DNA of 64,000 nt from a virus: positions 51,996-115,995 of IMG/VR virus record IMGVR_UViG_3300025949_000001; one strand, 5' to 3'. Below are positions 17,792 to 27,366 of this stretch, piece by piece. Positions within the stretch are counted from its first letter, which is position 1; every line of letters starts with the position of its first letter. The notes under the pieces were generated by a model that was given only the letters and a program-made list of their open reading frames with translations, did not search any database and had not been told where the DNA came from. Both the position numbers and the translations under genes were made by a program.

Positions 17792-18414
17792 ACCTCATCC
17801 CCAACCGCTGGCGCCGCGACCCGCGCCGGGCAGCCAAGAACATCTACTTCGCCATCGAAGAAAACCCCCGCACCGAGGCCGCCCGCGACACCCTGCGCCA
17901 CAGCAGCGACCCCGCGCAGCGCTACCACGCCCTCGACTTCCTCGCCGAGCGCGAACTGAGCCTCTACCGCACCCACGACGGCGCGTTCGGCCACCAGCCC
18001 TGGGCTGACGACATCGCCGGGGACGCCGCGACCGGTCTCGCCTACGGCGTGATGGCCCTGCGGCTGCTGCGCGCCCTCGAATGGGGCCGCACGGCCCAGC
18101 GGTCCTGGCGCTCCCACTGGCAGCCGATCGCCTGGGGCCGCGTCGACCTCACCGCTGCCGAGCAGGCGCTCGCCGACGCGTGCGGCCCGCTGCTCGACCT
18201 GCTGTCCAACGAGGACCCGACCGAGATCGCGGTGCTGTACACGCGCCTGTGGATCGCCGCCTACCCGATCATCGGCGGCCAAGCGGCCGAATGGATCGCG
18301 GTGCTCGGCAACGACTGGCAGTGCCGCGCCGCCGGGGTGCAGGACGGCCCCGACACCATCCTCACGATCCCGGACGCCCGCTACAGCCCGGACGCCACCC
18401 CCAACCCCGCATAG
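17788..18414 (+). CDS. hypothetical protein
   Basis: GTGA overlap, high GC3. Confidence 0.65.
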   Translation: MNLIPNRWRRDPRRAAKNIYFAIEENPRTEAARDTLRHSSDPAQRYHALDFLAERELSLYRTHDGAFGHQPWADDIAGDAATGLAYGVMALRLLRALEWGRTAQRSWRSHWQPIAWGRVDLTAAEQALADACGPLLDLLSNEDPTEIAVLYTRLWIAAYPIIGGQAAEWIAVLGNDWQCRAAGVQDGPDTILTIPDARYSPDATPNPA

Positions 18415-18424
18415 GAGTCCAGCC

Positions 18425-18613
18425 ATGGCCAAGCCCAAGTACGTGATCACCGCGACCGACAAGGACGGCAAGTCCCTCAGCGCCGTCGACCGCGCGCTCG
18501 GCGTCGTCGGAGGCGCCACCGTCTACAGCGACGACGACCTCGCCAAGCGCCTCGCCGACCTGCCGACCCACCCCGACGTCACCGTCACGATCCGCAACGC
18601 CAACGACTGCTGA
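18425..18613 (+). CDS. small hypothetical protein
   Basis: AGGAG RBS. Confidence 0.65.
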   Translation: MAKPKYVITATDKDGKSLSAVDRALGVVGGATVYSDDDLAKRLADLPTHPDVTVTIRNANDC

Positions 18614-18682
18614 CCCGAAGACTCCCCGCGCGCGTCCAGGCGCGGCGCGGGAAACCTGCCACCGCGCTAACGGCGGCAGAGC

Positions 18683-18729
18683 GCCCGGCCCCGAATCGTG
18701 AACCCCTCCACATCGATTCGGGGCCGGGC
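18683..18729. terminator. 16-bp perfect inverted repeat (terminator-like)
   Basis: GCCCGGCCCCGAATCG / CGATTCGGGGCCGGGC. Confidence 0.6.
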
Positions 18730-18898
18730 AACCACCACATTCAGAAACAACACCAGAAACAAACCGAACCCTGATTCACCGCCACGGAAAACGTCCGGAG
18801 AGGAGCGTACTGTGGATATCAACAATGCAGCGTCGGACCAGTGCGCTAACACCGATCCGACGCCGACTAACACGAGCCGCTATCCAGGAGCGACCAGC

Positions 18899-19828
18899 GT
18901 GCCTACGGCAGAGAATAACCGCGCGCCCAAGGGCAAGCGAACCCGCCACGACGACGCGCCCACCCCCGACGCGCCCGGCGACGTCATGGCCGTCCTACGG
19001 CACGGCGGAACCGCCGCCCTCGCCTGCGCCGCAGCCAGCTCCGCCGTCTCCCTGTACTGGCTCGCGATCCTCGTCGGCTGGCCCGCCGCCCTCGCCTGGC
19101 TGCTGCCGGCGAGCCTCGACGTGTACGCCGGCACCAGCCTCTACGTCGGGTACCGCCTACCGGTGCGCCACCCGGCCGCAAGGACTGCGCGGCGCAACGC
19201 CCGCTTCGCGCTGTCCCTCTCAGTCGCCTGCAACGCGATCTATCACGCGCTCGTCCTGTTCGGCACTGCGTGGCCGACCTGGGTCCACGACTCGCTCCTC
19301 GTCGCGGTTTCAGCGCTCCCGCCGATCGTGGTGGAACGCCTGCTGCACCTGCGTTCCAAGGTCGACACTGGAACCCCCGCAGCGGGTTTCGGGACCGTTC
19401 CAGCGCCGCGCGCTGAAATCCCGCAGCAGGTTCCACGCGAACGTCCCGCAACTGCGGCCCTCCGTCCCACTGGAACCCCCGCAGCGGTACCGCCGCCAGT
19501 TGCGCGACCCCAGGTTCCGGTTCCAGCCGCGCCGGCGGCACAGGTCCCGCAACCCGCGACCGCGGGTGTGGACGGAACCGAACTACCGGCTCTCGGGGAG
19601 CGCCGCGACCTGGTCGCCGCACAGCTGGAGACCGTGAAGGAACTCGTGCGCGAGCACGGCCCGGAGGTCACCCTCTCCACGATCATGGCGCGCACCGGGT
19701 GCAGCAAGTCCACCGCAAGCCGCCGCCGGGCCGACGCCATCGACGCGTTGAAAACCGAGGCGCGAGCGCACCGGGAGCCCGGCGCAGAACCGGCCGACGA
19801 ACCCGAACGAGACGGCGAGGTCGCCTGA
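18899..19828 (+). CDS. DUF2637 / SpdA-like membrane protein with C-terminal HTH
   Basis: LYWLA..GW..LAWLLPASLD, SVACNAIYH, VSALPP; C-terminal IMARTGCSKSTASR; precedes TraB. Confidence 0.75.
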   Translation: MPTAENNRAPKGKRTRHDDAPTPDAPGDVMAVLRHGGTAALACAAASSAVSLYWLAILVGWPAALAWLLPASLDVYAGTSLYVGYRLPVRHPAARTARRNARFALSLSVACNAIYHALVLFGTAWPTWVHDSLLVAVSALPPIVVERLLHLRSKVDTGTPAAGFGTVPAPRAEIPQQVPRERPATAALRPTGTPAAVPPPVARPQVPVPAAPAAQVPQPATAGVDGTELPALGERRDLVAAQLETVKELVREHGPEVTLSTIMARTGCSKSTASRRRADAIDALKTEARAHREPGAEPADEPERDGEVA

Positions 19829-22152
19829 TGCGCGCCAAGCGACGCCACGCCACGAACGAGGAAAACGAGACGCAATCGGCATTCTCCGCCGAACCCGGCA
19901 CCGCTCTCGCGCTGCGTGGCGTGGCGCAGCCCGCGCTCGCCGCACACGCACCGCAGGTCAACCCGTACGCGCCGATCTACGGCACCGGGAACCTCGCCAC
20001 GAACGGCGGCTACCCGTCCGTGGCGTACAACCCCTACCCCGGCCTGCCCGAGCACGTCGCCGACCAGCTCACCCCGGGCCTCGCGGACCGCACCGGATGG
20101 GCCCTGTTCCAGTGGATGCAGGACCGCCACCTGCTGCCCGGAATCGGCGTGCTGGCCGGCGTCGCCTGCGGCTGGGGGGCTGCGGCGACCGAACCGATGC
20201 ACCCCTGGTTCGGGTCCGTCGCCCTCGGCATGGGCGCCCTGGGCGGCGTCACCTACGCCGGGATCCACGTCATCCGCTCGATCAACGGAGACGACGACGC
20301 GGAGCCCGTCCCGGTAGGAGTGCACATCATCGGTCTCGGCGGGATAGCGCTGACCGCGTTCGGCGTCGCCTGCATCACGGGACTGTCGTTCCTCTCCGCC
20401 GGTGTCACGCTGGTTCCACTGGCGGCCGGGTACTACGCCTGGTTCCAGAACCGCAACAGCCGCCTGGAAGGGCAGCGGCGTTTCATCGTGGACTACACCG
20501 CCGCGTCCACCCCGGCGCTGGTACCCATGCCTGGAACCGCGATGGCACCCCCCGCCGCGATCCCTGGAACCGTGGTGTCCCACGAAGAGGCGATGGTGCG
20601 CCGCGCCTTCGAAGGCATGAACATCGCGCTGCAGGACGTGTACGGGTTCGAGCGCATCGACGCCGACTCGTTCGCCCTCACCGTCGTGTTCGCCCCGGCC
20701 TCCAACGTCTCGCCCGAGTCGGTGATCGCCCGCAAGGACGTCCTGGCCAGTTCGCTCGGCGCCCGGCAGCTGATCGCGCTGACGACGCAGCGCGGGCACG
20801 AACTGCGCCTGACGATCCGCTACGGGGAGATCGACCCGCTGGCCGAGACCGTGCCCTTCCCCGGCCCGGTCGCCACCTCGATCACCGAGCCGATCCCGAT
20901 CGGGGTGTCCGCTGACGGATCGGCCTCCGAGATCACCCTGCTCGGCGTGCACACCCTCGTGGGCGGTGCGACGGGCGGCGGGAAATCCGTCATCGTCAAA
21001 ATTCTGATCACCTCGATCGCGGCGATGAGCGACGCGGTGCTGTGGCTTATCGATTTGAAGCCCGGCCGTATCGAGCTCGGTATTTTCGAACCCGTCGCCG
21101 ATCGTTCCGCACGTTCTTTGGCAGACGCCGCGATGATGTTCGAGGCGCTTATCGCCGCGGCGAAAGCCCGCGGGGAGTATCTCGCGTCGCTGCGCGATGA
21201 GACCGGGCAGCCGGTGGAGAAGTGGGACCCCACCGTCCACGGCCCGGTGATCGTCGTGGTCGTGGACGAGCTGGCGGAGTTGGTGCGCCAGGGCAAGAAG
21301 GTGCGCAAGGGCGAGTACGGCGACCGCATCATGGAAGCGATCAAGTGGGTGGTGTCGAACTTCGAGACCGCCGCGCAGGTCTACCGGGCGCTCGGCATCC
21401 AACTGGTGATCGCGACCCAGTCCCCGTCCTCGGCGATCACCTCGGGAGACGGCAAGGACGCGATCGACCAGTTCCAGAACCTGCTGTGCGTGCGCACCGC
21501 GAAGGTGTCGCAGACCAACATCGTGCTCGGGCAGGGCGCGCACGGCGACGGGTTCCGCGCCAACACCGACCTGTACGTCTCGGGCATGTACTACATGAAG
21601 ACCCCGCAGCTGTCGGTGCCGATCAAGCACAAGGCGTACTGGAGCGAGAACGAGGAGATCGTCGGCTACATCAACCAGTACGCCGACACCCGGCCGCCGC
21701 TGGACGAGCGCACCGGCGAGGCGGTGGCCGCGGTGCTCGGCACGATCGGCGCGACCCCCCGCACCGGGCCGGGCGGCGGGGGTAGCCGGACGGTGCCGAT
21801 CCGGGACGCGGCCGAGGCGGCGGCGCGCCCGAACCTGCGCAGCGTGCCGAGCGGCGACCGCGACGGCTACGACGGGCCGCGCTACCCGGACCGCCGGCCG
21901 GTCGAGCCCAAGAAGCAGCCGCTATGGAATCTGCTGGACTCGCCGCAATTCCGCGCTAGCGGCGCGACGGTCGGCGAACTTGCGGCGGCTGCCGCGCGGG
22001 CGGGCCACGACGCGTCGTCGCTGGCGTGGGTGCGCGACCGCTGCAAGGAGTGGCGCGAGGCCGACTATGTCGTGTTCGAGAAAGAAGGCCAGGACTACCG
22101 GTACTGGCGCGACGACTACACGCTGGCGGCTCAATTCAAGCGGGAGGCATGA
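19828..22152 (+). CDS. traB: TraB/TraSA-like FtsK-SpoIIIE DNA translocase
   Basis: N-terminal TM helices; Walker A GATGGGKS; IDLK; Walker B VVVVDELAEL; LVIATQ; C-terminal wHTH-like domain. Confidence 0.85.
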   Translation: MRAKRRHATNEENETQSAFSAEPGTALALRGVAQPALAAHAPQVNPYAPIYGTGNLATNGGYPSVAYNPYPGLPEHVADQLTPGLADRTGWALFQWMQDRHLLPGIGVLAGVACGWGAAATEPMHPWFGSVALGMGALGGVTYAGIHVIRSINGDDDAEPVPVGVHIIGLGGIALTAFGVACITGLSFLSAGVTLVPLAAGYYAWFQNRNSRLEGQRRFIVDYTAASTPALVPMPGTAMAPPAAIPGTVVSHEEAMVRRAFEGMNIALQDVYGFERIDADSFALTVVFAPASNVSPESVIARKDVLASSLGARQLIALTTQRGHELRLTIRYGEIDPLAETVPFPGPVATSITEPIPIGVSADGSASEITLLGVHTLVGGATGGGKSVIVKILITSIAAMSDAVLWLIDLKPGRIELGIFEPVADRSARSLADAAMMFEALIAAAKARGEYLASLRDETGQPVEKWDPTVHGPVIVVVVDELAELVRQGKKVRKGEYGDRIMEAIKWVVSNFETAAQVYRALGIQLVIATQSPSSAITSGDGKDAIDQFQNLLCVRTAKVSQTNIVLGQGAHGDGFRANTDLYVSGMYYMKTPQLSVPIKHKAYWSENEEIVGYINQYADTRPPLDERTGEAVAAVLGTIGATPRTGPGGGGSRTVPIRDAAEAAARPNLRSVPSGDRDGYDGPRYPDRRPVEPKKQPLWNLLDSPQFRASGATVGELAAAAARAGHDASSLAWVRDRCKEWREADYVVFEKEGQDYRYWRDDYTLAAQFKREA

Positions 22153-22153
22153 G

Positions 22154-22357
22154 ATGGAACCCGGGACGTTCGTCGTCGGCTGCACGGCTGAGGGCGAGCC
22201 GGTGACGGCCGAGACGTATCGCCTTCCCGATCGGGTGATCGGCGTCTGGATCGATGAACTGGCCGAGTCGGCCCGGACGCCGAGGCTGGACGCGCCGTCG
22301 GCCGCGGCGCTGTGGGCGGCGATGCGCGCGAGCGGGCCGACCGCCCGGGGCGCGTGA
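22154..22357 (+). CDS. small hypothetical protein
   Basis: GGGAGG RBS; coupled to next gene. Confidence 0.55.
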   Translation: MEPGTFVVGCTAEGEPVTAETYRLPDRVIGVWIDELAESARTPRLDAPSAAALWAAMRASGPTARGA

Positions 22358-23580
22358 TGGCCCGCCGCCAACGCCGCAGGGCCCGGCTGCGCGGCTGGAT
22401 GCCGAACCGGGTCGCCGCCCGATTCATCTCCGGCGGCAAGCACCAGACGTTCACCTCGATCGCGAAATCGCCGTTCCGCGTAAAGACGATCACGAACAAG
22501 AACAACCGGCGCCAGCAGTACCAGGCCGCGCGCCGACGCGAAGCCCGCGCCCTCGCAGCCGCCAAGCGCAAGGCAGTCCGGGATGCCGCCGCGCAGAAGA
22601 AGGCCTACGCGCGCCGCGCCGCCGAACTGAAGAAACTCGCGCCGAAGCCGCCGCGCAAGCCGCGCCCGAAGTCCCCGCCGATCGCCGTCGACCCGCGCAC
22701 CGGCCAGCCGATCACCTGGCCGCAGGCGCAGAAAGCGCTGCGGGAAGCACAGGAGCGCGCCGAACGCCTCGCCGCAGGGCTGCCCGGCGATGCGCCCGTC
22801 AAGGCGCCGCGCAAGACGGCGGCGAAGAAGACCGCTGCGGCGCGCCCTGCAAACCGCTCCCCGGCCGCGCGCCGCAGCGGGACCGCCCGGCCCAGGAAGC
22901 CCTCGAAGCCCCGCAAGGCGACCGCCATCCCGGCGCCGCCCACTTCGCCCGGCAAGACGCTCACCGGCGTGTACTGGGCGCTGACCTGCGCATGCCAAGG
23001 CACCGGCCGCATCGTCCAATACGCCGACGACGGCACCCCGAACGGCTCGATCTCCTGCCCCACGCACGGACGCAAAGCGCGCGGCGGACGCAAACTCACC
23101 TCCCGGCGCGCGATCAAAGAAGCCGGGCTGCCTGGCCTCGGCTCCTGGCTCGAGGGCAAGACGCGCCGCGGGCGGGGCAACCTCGACAAGAAACAGGAGC
23201 GCGCCCGCGACCGGGCCAAGGCGATACAGAGGCACGCCGGCCCGACCACGCAATGCGGCGCCTGCGACGAGGGCATCGTCAACCGCGGGTTGACCGACCA
23301 GCTGCGCGATGCGTACATCGGCGACCTGATCGCGAAACTCGAAGCGCAGGAAAAGCGGATCCCCCCGAGTCGGACACTGAACGCGGCGGCGCGCAAGGCG
23401 TACCCGTACGACCACTGCCGCCGGTGTGCAGGGCTCGGCCGCGCCCCGAAGGCGGCCGACGGCGACTGGTACGAGAGCGCGGGCCTGAAGGAGAAGCACC
23501 GGTTGACACCGCGCGAGAAAGCCGCCGGGCAGATCGACCCGGCGCTGCGTATCCGCAACTCCCGCACCCGGCGCGGCTGA
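22357..23580 (+). CDS. very basic K/R/A/P-rich protein with CxxC motifs
   Basis: KAPRKTAAKK-type repeats; CACQGTG, CPTH, CGAC, CRRCAGLG. Confidence 0.65.
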   Translation: MARRQRRRARLRGWMPNRVAARFISGGKHQTFTSIAKSPFRVKTITNKNNRRQQYQAARRREARALAAAKRKAVRDAAAQKKAYARRAAELKKLAPKPPRKPRPKSPPIAVDPRTGQPITWPQAQKALREAQERAERLAAGLPGDAPVKAPRKTAAKKTAAARPANRSPAARRSGTARPRKPSKPRKATAIPAPPTSPGKTLTGVYWALTCACQGTGRIVQYADDGTPNGSISCPTHGRKARGGRKLTSRRAIKEAGLPGLGSWLEGKTRRGRGNLDKKQERARDRAKAIQRHAGPTTQCGACDEGIVNRGLTDQLRDAYIGDLIAKLEAQEKRIPPSRTLNAAARKAYPYDHCRRCAGLGRAPKAADGDWYESAGLKEKHRLTPREKAAGQIDPALRIRNSRTRRG

Positions 23581-23660
23581 GCGCTCGGCGCTGCGGCACT
23601 GCTCGCGTTCGGGCGCTGACTGCGATACTGGCCGCAGCCACCCCGCGACCGAGGAGAACC

Positions 23661-23816
23661 GTGGACACGACCACCGCCGAGACCGCCACGCGCACCGAAC
23701 TGGTCGGCAACGTGCGCGACCTGCGACACGTCCCGCTGCGGCAGATCGCCGCGCAAGCCGCCGCGAGGGCAGGCAACACAGCCGGGCGCGCCGGGGAGTT
23801 CAACTCGTCAATCTGA
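23661..23816 (+). CDS. FxSxx-COOH-type RiPP precursor peptide (orphan)
   Basis: GAGGAG RBS; 51 aa; DLRHVPLRQI leader-like motif; C-terminus FNSSI. Confidence 0.7.
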   Translation: MDTTTAETATRTELVGNVRDLRHVPLRQIAAQAAARAGNTAGRAGEFNSSI

Positions 23817-24042
23817 CGGCGCGACGGGCAGCACCCGCGCGACCAAGCCCCGTTCATCCGGCGGGGCTCCCGCTTATGTGTGGCAGGCGTGCCTCACGAC
23901 CCCGTGTCCGGCCGCGTCCGATCCGTGTTGCGCGGCAGATTCCCACCCGCCACACTCGGCGCAGAAACAATCACGCCCGCCCCAATGACCAGTGAGGACG
24001 GGCTGCGCGTCCGTTCGAATGCTTGGCGGCTACGCTCACCAT

Positions 24043-24483
24043 ATGGACTTTCGCATCAGGGACTTCATTGCTGCGCGGCTGGACGAGCGGGAGACGGCGG
24101 CGAAGCGCGCCATCGAAGCGTCCGGCGGCGAGATCTGGCGCGCATCGGACGGCGGACTGTACCCCGAAGACAATCCCTCGCAGCACCCGGGGGCGTTCCT
24201 GGCGGACTACTACGGCTTCACCGACCCCGACTACGGCGATCACATCGCGCTTCATGATCCCACGTGGACGCTGCGGGACATCACGGCGAAGCGGCAGATC
24301 CTCGGCGCATACGATCGCGCTACCGCCCGCTTTGACGAAGCCCTCAGCAGTCCGCCCGACATCGACGCCGACGCTAGCGCCTTCAGCGCGCGGTCTCACA
24401 TGGATCTGGTGTTGCGGCTGCTGGCCGCGATCGATGCGGATCACTCGGACTTCAACCCGACATGGAAGCTGGACGTGTCATGA
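24043..24483 (+). CDS. DUF6221-like protein
   Basis: FIAARLDERE..HIALHDP..LRDITAKRQIL..LRLLA..DHSDFNPTW; TACGCT 6 nt upstream. Confidence 0.75.
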   Translation: MDFRIRDFIAARLDERETAAKRAIEASGGEIWRASDGGLYPEDNPSQHPGAFLADYYGFTDPDYGDHIALHDPTWTLRDITAKRQILGAYDRATARFDEALSSPPDIDADASAFSARSHMDLVLRLLAAIDADHSDFNPTWKLDVS

Positions 24484-24851
24484 CAGGCGAGCTCGGACCG
24501 CTGGTGGTCCGCAAGTTCTCGATCCCGCTGAGCGTTTCCGCTGCCGACCTGGCCGACGCGCAGGAGATGCGCGAGCACGAACGCCGCTTGGCCGGCATGT
24601 CGCCCGAGGAGCGTGCCGAGCGTCAGGCGCGACAGGACGCCGAACGGGCGGTCGCGCTCGCCTCCGCAGTCGCCGACTGGCGGGTTGTGCGCGATCGGCT
24701 TGCCGGGAACGGGCCGGCGCTCGCCGCGTTGAAGATCCATCGCCCGGCCGATAGCGGTTCTTTCGCAGGCGTCGTGTGTGCGCAGCGCGAGCGCAGCGAT
24801 GATCCAGACGAGTGGCCGTGCGAGACGTTCACCGCGATCAAGGAGGCGTGA
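24480..24851 (+). CDS. hypothetical protein
   Basis: Coupled; C-terminal H...C...WPCET motif common in actinophages. Confidence 0.6.
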   Translation: MTGELGPLVVRKFSIPLSVSAADLADAQEMREHERRLAGMSPEERAERQARQDAERAVALASAVADWRVVRDRLAGNGPALAALKIHRPADSGSFAGVVCAQRERSDDPDEWPCETFTAIKEA

Positions 24852-25084
24852 CCGTGGAGCTGCCGAAGGAGATCCGCGTCGAGTCCGACCGGACCGGTGC
24901 CCCGCGCGTCACGATCGACGGGCAACCGCTGCTCTGGTACACGGCGGGGATCGTCGTGCCGCCGCCTTCGCGCGACCAGATGCCGACGGTCGTGCTCACG
25001 ATCCCGGCGGAGAAGGTCGTCATGGTCAACGAGATGCAGCCGCCCGCGACCGGCTTGCCTGAGGGGAGTTCACAAAGCGCATGA
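24848..25084 (+). CDS. small hypothetical protein
   Basis: AAGGAGG RBS. Confidence 0.6.
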   Translation: MTVELPKEIRVESDRTGAPRVTIDGQPLLWYTAGIVVPPPSRDQMPTVVLTIPAEKVVMVNEMQPPATGLPEGSSQSA

Positions 25085-25413
25085 TGGGCGGCGGAAATCG
25101 GTCTCGGCCGCCCCGTGTTCGGGCGAGTGCACCTATCGCATTACGGCTTGTGGGCCCAGTGTTGCTCGCTTTTATGTTGCTCGCGGTGCTGCGCTTCGGG
25201 CGATAAGCGGGATGCAGTCTGCATCCCGGATTTCATGCGACGGCGAATAGGTCAAGCCCCGGCTAGTCCGGGTACTGCGTCGCTTCCCATGGCTGCGGCT
25301 TCGGCCGGAACGAGATCACATCCTGGCCGTCGCCCGTGTGGGTCCATTCGGAGCGGGCACCTGCCCCGCTGAATCTCAGTAAGTCTCAGTCCTTCTAGGC
25401 GTATACTGGGCGA

Positions 25414-25983
25414 GTGAAGCTTTCGGAGTGGGCGCGCCGCGAAGGCGTGCACTACCAGACCGCGTGGGAGTGGGCGAAGAACGGGCGCATGCCCGTGCCC
25501 GCCTACCAGACCCCGTCCGGGACATGGATGGTGCGCACCGAACCCGACGCGCCCACCGGGCGCGTCGTCGCCTACGCCCGCGTCTCCAGCGCCGACCAGA
25601 AGCCCGATCTCGAGCGCCAGGCCGGGCGCGTGGTGACGGGCGCGACCGCCCGAGGTCTCGCCGTCGCCGAAGTCGTCACCGAGATCGGTTCCGGACTGAA
25701 CGGCGAGCGCCGCAAACTGCACCGGATCCTCGCCGACCCCACCGCCGCAGTGATCGTGGTCGAGCACCGCGACCGGCTCGCGCGCTTCGGTGTCGAGCAT
25801 CTCGATGCCGCCCTGCAAGCGAACGGCCGCCGCATCGTCGTCCTCGAACACGACGAGACCAGCGACGACCTCGTACGGGACGTGGCCGAGGTACTCACCT
25901 CGATGTGCGCCCGGCTGTACGGGCGCCGCTCCGCCAGGAACCGGGCCGCGCGCGGCATCGCCGCCGCGACGGGCGAGCGCTGA
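25414..25983 (+). CDS. tnpA: IS607 serine-recombinase transposase
   Basis: MKLSEWARREGVHYQTAW HTH; YARVSS..QKPDLERQ; EHRDRLARFG; TATACT 6 nt before start. Confidence 0.95.
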   Translation: MKLSEWARREGVHYQTAWEWAKNGRMPVPAYQTPSGTWMVRTEPDAPTGRVVAYARVSSADQKPDLERQAGRVVTGATARGLAVAEVVTEIGSGLNGERRKLHRILADPTAAVIVVEHRDRLARFGVEHLDAALQANGRRIVVLEHDETSDDLVRDVAEVLTSMCARLYGRRSARNRAARGIAAATGER

Positions 25984-25986
25984 TCC

Positions 25987-27366
25987 ATGGCCGTGCAGGC
26001 CTACCGGTTCGCCCTCGACCCGACGCCGGCCCAGGCGCGCAACCTCGCGCGGCATGCCGGCGCGGCGCGGGTCGCGTTCAACTGGGGACTCTCGGCGGTC
26101 AGGGCGAACTTGTCCCAGCGTGAGGCCGAACGCTTCTACGGCATCGACGGCGACGACCTTACCCCGGCGCTTGGCTGGTCGATGTATGCGCTGCGCAAGG
26201 CCTGGAACCAAGCCAAGGGCGACATAGCTCCATGGTGGTCGGAATGCTCGAAAGAGGCGTACGCCAGCGGGCTGGAGCAACTCGCCCGCGCGTTGAAGAA
26301 CTGGTCCGACTCCAAACGCGGCAAGCGCGCCGGCCGACCGGTCGGGTTCCCGCGGTTCAAGGCGAAGCGTCGCGCTGCGCCGTCGGTGAGATTCACTACC
26401 GGGACAATCCGCGTCGAAGCCGACCGCATGCACGTGACGCTGCCGGTGCTGGGCCGGATCAAGACGCACGAGTCCACGCGCAAATTGGAGCGCAGGGTCG
26501 CGAACGGCACCGCGCGGATCCTGTCCGCGACCGTGCGCCTTGAGGCGGCCCGCTGGTTCGTCGCGTTCACCGTCGAAATCCGGCGACCCGAGAAGTCCCC
26601 GCGCCGACCGGACGCGGTAGTCGGCGTCGACCTGGGAATCAAGACGCTGGCCGTCCTGTCCGAGGGCGAGCCGGTCGGGAACTCGCGGTACTACGATGCG
26701 GCGCGCCGGAAGTTGGCCCGCACCTCGCGCACCGTTTCGCGCCGCCAAGGACCGGACCGGCGCACCGGGCAGGCCCCTTCTAGCCGGTGGGTGCGGGCGA
26801 ACGCCGCGCGCAACAGAGTCCACCGCCGGGTTGGAAACCTGCGCCGCGACGGGATCCACAAACTCACCACCGCGCTGGCCCGCGAGTACGGCACGGTCGT
26901 GGTCGAGGACCTGAACGTCGCCGGGATGGTCCGCAACCGGCGGCTCGCACGCGCGATCTCCGACGCCGGGTTCGGCGAGATTCGCCGCCAGTTGGCGTAT
27001 AAGGCGGCGTGGAACGGCGGCCGGCTCGCCGTGGCGGACCGCTGGTTTCCCAGTTCCAAGACGTGCTCGGGCTGCGGGGCAGTGAAACCCAAACTGTCCC
27101 TGGCCGAGCGCACCTACACCTGCATCGAATGCGGACTGGTCTTGGATCGGGACCTGAACGCGGCGCTCAACCTCAAGCAGTTGGTTGAGCGCACCGTCGC
27201 CGGGAGTGGCCCGGAGACGTTAAACGGACGTGGAGCCGACCGTAAGACCAGCGTGCTGGCAGGTGGCCGTGAAGCGTCTACCCCGCACCCGGCTCTCGCC
27301 GGGGTAAGACGGGGACTCTTGCCGGGCAACCGGCAAGTCCTAGGCAGGCATTCGCTGAAACTCTAG
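25987..27366 (+). CDS. tnpB: IS607 TnpB RNA-guided endonuclease
   Basis: QAYRFALDPT; GVDLG, VEDL, DRDLNAA; CSGC/CIEC. Confidence 0.95.
   Translation: MAVQAYRFALDPTPAQARNLARHAGAARVAFNWGLSAVRANLSQREAERFYGIDGDDLTPALGWSMYALRKAWNQAKGDIAPWWSECSKEAYASGLEQLARALKNWSDSKRGKRAGRPVGFPRFKAKRRAAPSVRFTTGTIRVEADRMHVTLPVLGRIKTHESTRKLERRVANGTARILSATVRLEAARWFVAFTVEIRRPEKSPRRPDAVVGVDLGIKTLAVLSEGEPVGNSRYYDAARRKLARTSRTVSRRQGPDRRTGQAPSSRWVRANAARNRVHRRVGNLRRDGIHKLTTALAREYGTVVVEDLNVAGMVRNRRLARAISDAGFGEIRRQLAYKAAWNGGRLAVADRWFPSSKTCSGCGAVKPKLSLAERTYTCIECGLVLDRDLNAALNLKQLVERTVAGSGPETLNGRGADRKTSVLAGGREASTPHPALAGVRRGLLPGNRQVLGRHSLKL

Noticed and set aside
19243-21630. 795-aa minus-strand ORF and similar long antisense ORFs (e.g. 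57175-59310, 53394-55142)
   Set aside because: Shadows of traB, capsid and fibre genes.
25085-25356. Possible group I intron (IStron) upstream of IS607
   Set aside because: 25263-25356 is explained as the 3' end of the interrupted gene; no intron core is recognisable.
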